Of a DNA stretch of 64,000 nucleotides, positions 60,263 through 64,000 are shown piece by piece. Each line of letters starts with the position of its first letter. Within the stretch, counting starts at the first letter, position 1. A model generated the notes under the pieces. That model was not told where the DNA came from. It worked only from the letters and a program-made list of their open reading frames with translations, and ran no database searches. Location of the stretch: contig OZ037766.1 of NCBI GenBank assembly GCA_964035545.1, forward strand, positions 14,002,722 to 14,066,721. The letters are read 5' to 3'. The translations under genes were made by a program, and so were the position numbers. Origin of the DNA: Bugula neritina (lineage: Eukaryota; Animalia; Bryozoa).

Positions 60263-63200
60263 ATGGACAGGTAAGTAGTTATATTAGTACTGGGTATATC
60301 TCAATAGTTGTGACTTCAGCTGTATGGTACTTAGTGCAGATTGTAGAGCAATGGGTTCACCAACAACTTGTATTCTTGGTATTTTTGCAACAGTTTCTAA
60401 TTTTTTAATCTGTTCTAGTCTTTTACTGAAATGTGCTTGGAAAATAAATCCTGCCTTCTCTTCAAAATAGAGGTAGATATTGAACAATAAAGCACTGAAA
60501 ACCCCCATTAAATATACTTTTCTTGTTGCATCAATTGGCAAAGGTTAAATTCTTGATTTTTTTATTTTAACTAAAACATTGTTGACAATGAACTCTGACA
60601 ATGTTGTTTACCATGATATGATAAACATCATTGTAAGTATTTTTACCTTCAAAAACATTGGTTGGCAATATTTATTAAATTCCATCTGTCAAAGCTTTTG
60701 TATGCTAATATGACAGGAAAAGTCAAGATTTGCATAAATGAAAGTAGAGGAAAGTGGTATAAAATATCTAAATATTGAATTGTAAGCTTCAGTTTTAGCT
60801 GAATTTTATACCTTGAGAAATACAAAAAAAACATCTATCAACATTTTCTGGACATGACCTTGTGTGATGGCCTACTTACTCCTTATATATATATATATTC
60901 TTCTCTGTTTTAGTGCTACAGAATCTAGTAATCATATTCCAAGAGGCCTGGGTAAGTCAACCTTATGTATTCATATGCAAAACTACATTAAATTTTAAAA
61001 TATTAGAGTTTTATACTTTTTCTTTAATTGAAATTCTGCTCTACCCAGTTTACAATTTTCATACCGTAATACTATAGTTGTCTTAACTGTTCACATCTCG
61101 AGAAATTAGCTAGACGTCTAGCATACAAACTTATATTTTTAGCCTAAGGCCCTGACTTGTTCAGCTGAAGTAGTACGCCTTGTAAAACTATCCCAGTAAT
61201 TCATATGTAATATGTGTTGGCTACAATCTATCCACTGAGTATAGAATATGTAATGTGCTAATTAGTATAATATTTTGTCAAAACTGTTGGCTATGACAAT
61301 ATTATTCAACTATTTCTGAGGTAATCATGGACTGCCCTGCAGCTGTAGCTTTAGTGTAGTTGTTACAAAACAACTTACTATTCAACCCTTTTACTTTCTC
61401 TAGAATAGTTTTTCAATGAAGTCATTATGCAGTGGTAACCAGTATTTCTACATTTCTTTGGTTGAAAAAAGCATGTTTCAATCAAATGTAGATTAACTTT
61501 AAAAGAATTATACTAGTTGGAGAATACACTGGTAGTGTCAATGAGGTTGCTGTTCATAGCTTGCTAAGTCAGTCAGGCAATCCTCGTGCTAATATACTTT
61601 GAACCCACAGCATGTGAGGTTAGGTGTAGTAATGGAGAAATTGAGAAAAGCCTGTGTTCTAGATTAGAGATGTAGCAAAAGAAGTTATGTTCTCATGTAA
61701 ATTTCAACACGTGCCTCAAATCAGAATTTGTTAAGAAAATTAAAGAGCTTAGGCTATCTCAATTTCTCCACTACTGTTTTTAACTGGCTTGTGAAGCTGT
61801 AGGCCAGAAGTTACTAACTGTTTGGGTGGCTCAGGATTGCATGTTTCTTGTTATTTAAGCCCATATTTTGGTGCAAATTTGGCATTTCAGAAAGCTTTAA
61901 ATAAAAATGTTATGAAACTATACTGCAATAGCATAATATATGTTTATATAAAGTTACATAAATGCTGTTCCTAATTACATACATTATTTTATCATAATAT
62001 ACAGAGTACCTCAAGGAATTATTATTCAACCTAGTCAACTAGTGTAGCTAAGGTATTACATACAGGAGGGGGCAGTCTTTAAGGAATCTGGGTGTATGTT
62101 CACATGCAGTTACCTAACTCACAGGAATGTTTTGGCTAAGCCAACTGAATTGTAACTTAACACCATTGATATGCCCTATTGGTTTCATTTTTAAAAAGCT
62201 TGTTGTGTTACAATGATATGTTAGTTATCCTTTAAGAAAGTTCAGTATGAAACAGCATTCACTGCTTAATGAAATTCAACTTGGTGCATCAAGCTTGCTA
62301 GTCAACATTAGCTGTAGTAAAACAATTTTCTAGTAGCATCAGGCATAGTTCATTATAAACCCCTATTTGGTATCAACAACTGTTATTCAAGCTACTTCTC
62401 AAGTCACTTCTCAAGTCACATCTTAAGTCACTTCTCAAGTCAAACTCTAGCATTCTAGCTGTCTCATAGTTATGTCTGAATCATAGGCTGTTGCTCTACT
62501 AGTATTTCATTATAGTTGGATGTTGGTTTTGATTAAACCATTAGCATTAGCAGGTGCATTATTTAAAAAACAAACTGCATGACTGCTGTATTTACTTTTC
62601 CATTAACATGACTTTTATTTATTTTGAAAATGCACCACTCTATTTCTTGTAAGATATGCTACATGCCCACAAATTATTATTTCTCAGCAGGTGACAATTA
62701 TTTCTCTAAAGTCGAATTGATAAAAAGCTTCAATATGTGTACTCTTTTTATGCTGCTTTAGCAATTTCTACCCACATGGATTTTTTTCATTTTTAATTAA
62801 TGAAAGTTATTTTCAAAATATTCTAAATGATTAATTATTTCCTTTTGTTGCTGCAATTCGCTAGAATTAAAAGTAATTTTCAAGGTCATTTTCCTTGACA
62901 AACCAACCATGTTCTTACAATGTTGTAGAGAGTGAGTCATCTCTGATGACCTCAGCCAGGTCTTCTCTTAGAGCTCGCCGAGATCGTTTAGCTCGAAGAG
63001 AGGCTTTACAGAACAAGGATGCTCAGCCTAGGTGTGTACTACTACTCTTTCTACTTGTTGCTACTGGCAAATTGTATAAACGCATGCAAAAACATATATC
63101 CAATTTCACTTGTCAAGTTTTTCCATTTTTTTTTCAATGGTTTTCATCAATCTGAATTTTCACACAAGCATAGTGTTGCACAATATCGTGCGAGTTTTTA

Positions 63201-63440
63201 ATATAAGTTGAATTGTACGTAGTCCCACAGCCACCACCCTTACCGAAGAGACCACTGCTAGGACTTACGCACCTCAGATTTCTCAGGGGACATCAGGTAG
63301 ACGTAGGAGTCGTCTCATCAATGAGTACAGTCAGCCTGTAATAGAAACTAATGATGATGAGACAGCACTCTCCCTGATTGCTTCCTCTAATATTCTCTCT
63401 ATGGATGATTCATCAGTTCGAGCTAACAGAGGGCTTACAG
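60263..63440 (+). CDS. 5' part of an unidentified Ser/Arg/Thr-rich protein gene (continues beyond window)
   Basis: Exons 60263-60270, 60914-60951, 62929-63031, 63223-63440 join in frame: MDSATESSNHIPRGLESESSLMTSARSSLRARRDRLARREALQNKDAQPSPTATT...RANRGLT. No domain recognised. Confidence 0.65.
61626..61774. mobile_element. Small inverted-repeat element (MITE-like)
   Basis: GTAGTAATGGAGAAATTGAGAAAAGCCT versus the reverse complement of AGGCTATCTCAATTTCTCCACTAC; imperfect ~24-bp inverted repeat. Confidence 0.5.
62394..62442. repeat. 12-bp tandem repeat AAGTCACTTCTC, ~4 copies
   Basis: Direct reading. Confidence 0.8.
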
Positions 63441-64000
63441 GTTAGTTATTGTCATGTCAACTTTAACAAAGCTATGGGGTAACTATGGTTTTATAAAGTA
63501 CATATTGTATAGCAAGGTTCCCTCTAGTGTATATCAAATGCAGAATGCAAATTTAGCACATAGAAAATTAGCAGTGTTTCCTGTGTGTTGTCTTTTTCTG
63601 GAATATTCTTCCAGTGGAGAACTAATATTTTCATATATAGTAGGAAGTTTGTGGGTTATCTCTGTATGAAAGTTAGGCTGTTGTGTATAGACAATCAGAG
63701 TTCACCTTTTATCGTTGAAGTTTTTAAAAAAAATTCTATAAATATGTTCAACAAAACCTTGTTACTTGCTTATTGCATTTAAAATGGTGCTACTGATATT
63801 TATTTTTTCTGTTTGTGTTGGTTATGTTAGGAACACCATTTGAAACCTATTATGAAATTAGAGTCAATTTTTTGTTTTTTTTTCAACACAACACTTTGTT
63901 ACATGAAGATATTTTTTAAGCTGGTAAGTATTTTTAGCCGGTGGTGACTCAGTCACGGTTTCACCCCGAGACAATCAGCGGTCAACACTGAATGCGGCGC

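Noticed and set aside
63937-64000. GC-rich segment at the window end
   Set aside because: Probably the start of a repeat element but truncated; not a tRNA and cannot be classified.

Overview
AT-rich, intron-containing metazoan (probably invertebrate) genomic DNA; the organism cannot be named from sequence alone. All gene models were assembled by hand from GT-AG junctions and frame checks. In order: (1) a 3.08-kb Ty3/gypsy-type LTR element (913-3990, minus) with ATAT target-site duplication, tRNA-Leu PBS and PPT, encoding Gag plus a C2H2 zinc-finger/coiled-coil ORF but no pol; (2) a three-Ig-domain type I membrane protein gene (+); (3) an inositol hexakisphosphate kinase (IP6K, -); (4) a DIPP/NUDT3-family inositol pyrophosphatase (+), divergent from IP6K; (5) an ~819-aa protein fusing a CARD to an APPBP2-like TPR solenoid (+); (6) a minimal WW+BAG co-chaperone (-); (7) the 5' part of an unidentified gene (+) running out of the window. 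Several MITEs, a probable solo LTR and mini/microsatellites lie in introns. The most striking unexplained structure is a set of 0.25-1 kb tracts with a degenerate, strand-symmetric 6-bp period (TNA-NNN)n. They occur only next to the five putative promoter regions and were not seen in downstream gene bodies. Other top leads are the CARD-APPBP2-like fusion, the linked and co-diverged IP6K/DIPP writer-eraser pair, and the pol-less Gag+ZnF retroelement.
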